Assembly: GCA_026023565.1 (NCBI GenBank)
Contig: JAPETS010000047.1
Location: 124,001-186,777, forward strand
Length of the DNA stretch: 62,777 nt
Direction: 5' to 3'
Source of the DNA: Cirrosporium novae-zelandiae
Taxonomy: Eukaryota
The position numbers were made by a program, and so were the translations under genes. Below the pieces are notes generated by a model. The model was not told the origin of the DNA. It did no database searches and worked only from the letters and a program-made list of their open reading frames with translations. Below are positions 62,696-62,777 of the stretch, piece by piece. How positions within the stretch are numbered: position 1 is the stretch's first letter; each line of letters begins with the position of its first letter.

Positions 62696-62725
62696 CCGGT
62701 CTGGTCTGGTCTATTCCCTTCACTG
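62696..62725. repeat. Dispersed repeat, probable DNA-transposon terminus (partner of 2731-2771)
   Basis: CCGGTCTGGTCTGGTCTATTCCCTTCACTG, 18/20 to 2752-2771. AT/TA-rich surroundings. Confidence 0.45.
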
Positions 62726-62777
62726 GCTGTAGATCTAAAAATCTTGAAAAAAAAAATAATTGAAAATAGATCTATAT

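Overview
This is eukaryotic genomic DNA from a filamentous ascomycete (Pezizomycotina-like): short GT-AG introns with CTRAY branch points, microsatellites, and C-to-T-decayed repeats typical of RIP (repeat-induced point mutation). It has three zones. (1) About 1-35 kb is a mixed region: two Zn2Cys6 transcription factors (one NirA-like, head-to-head with a flavohemoglobin whose promoter carries CTCCGCGG sites), a GprM-like GPCR, an NTF2-like protein, a tautomerase, an S10 serine carboxypeptidase, a truncated NACHT/NLR gene with an in-frame stop, a ~13-finger C2H2 protein, a FAD2-type desaturase and an aryl-alcohol dehydrogenase. Small TE relics are interspersed, including two copies of a tRNA-derived SINE-like sequence. 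(2) About 36.6-48 kb is a compact housekeeping block: PAT1, KRE2/MNT1, MRPS12, an MtnX/PYP1-like HAD phosphatase, SHE9/MDM33 and RIP1. (3) About 48.3-62.8 kb is an accessory-looking island of gene relics and orphan genes, including an F-box-like protein convergent with a stand-alone PD-(D/E)xK nuclease. No rRNA, intact tRNA, CRISPR array or intact transposase was found. All calls come from reading motifs by eye; no database searches were run, and exon boundaries are manual estimates.
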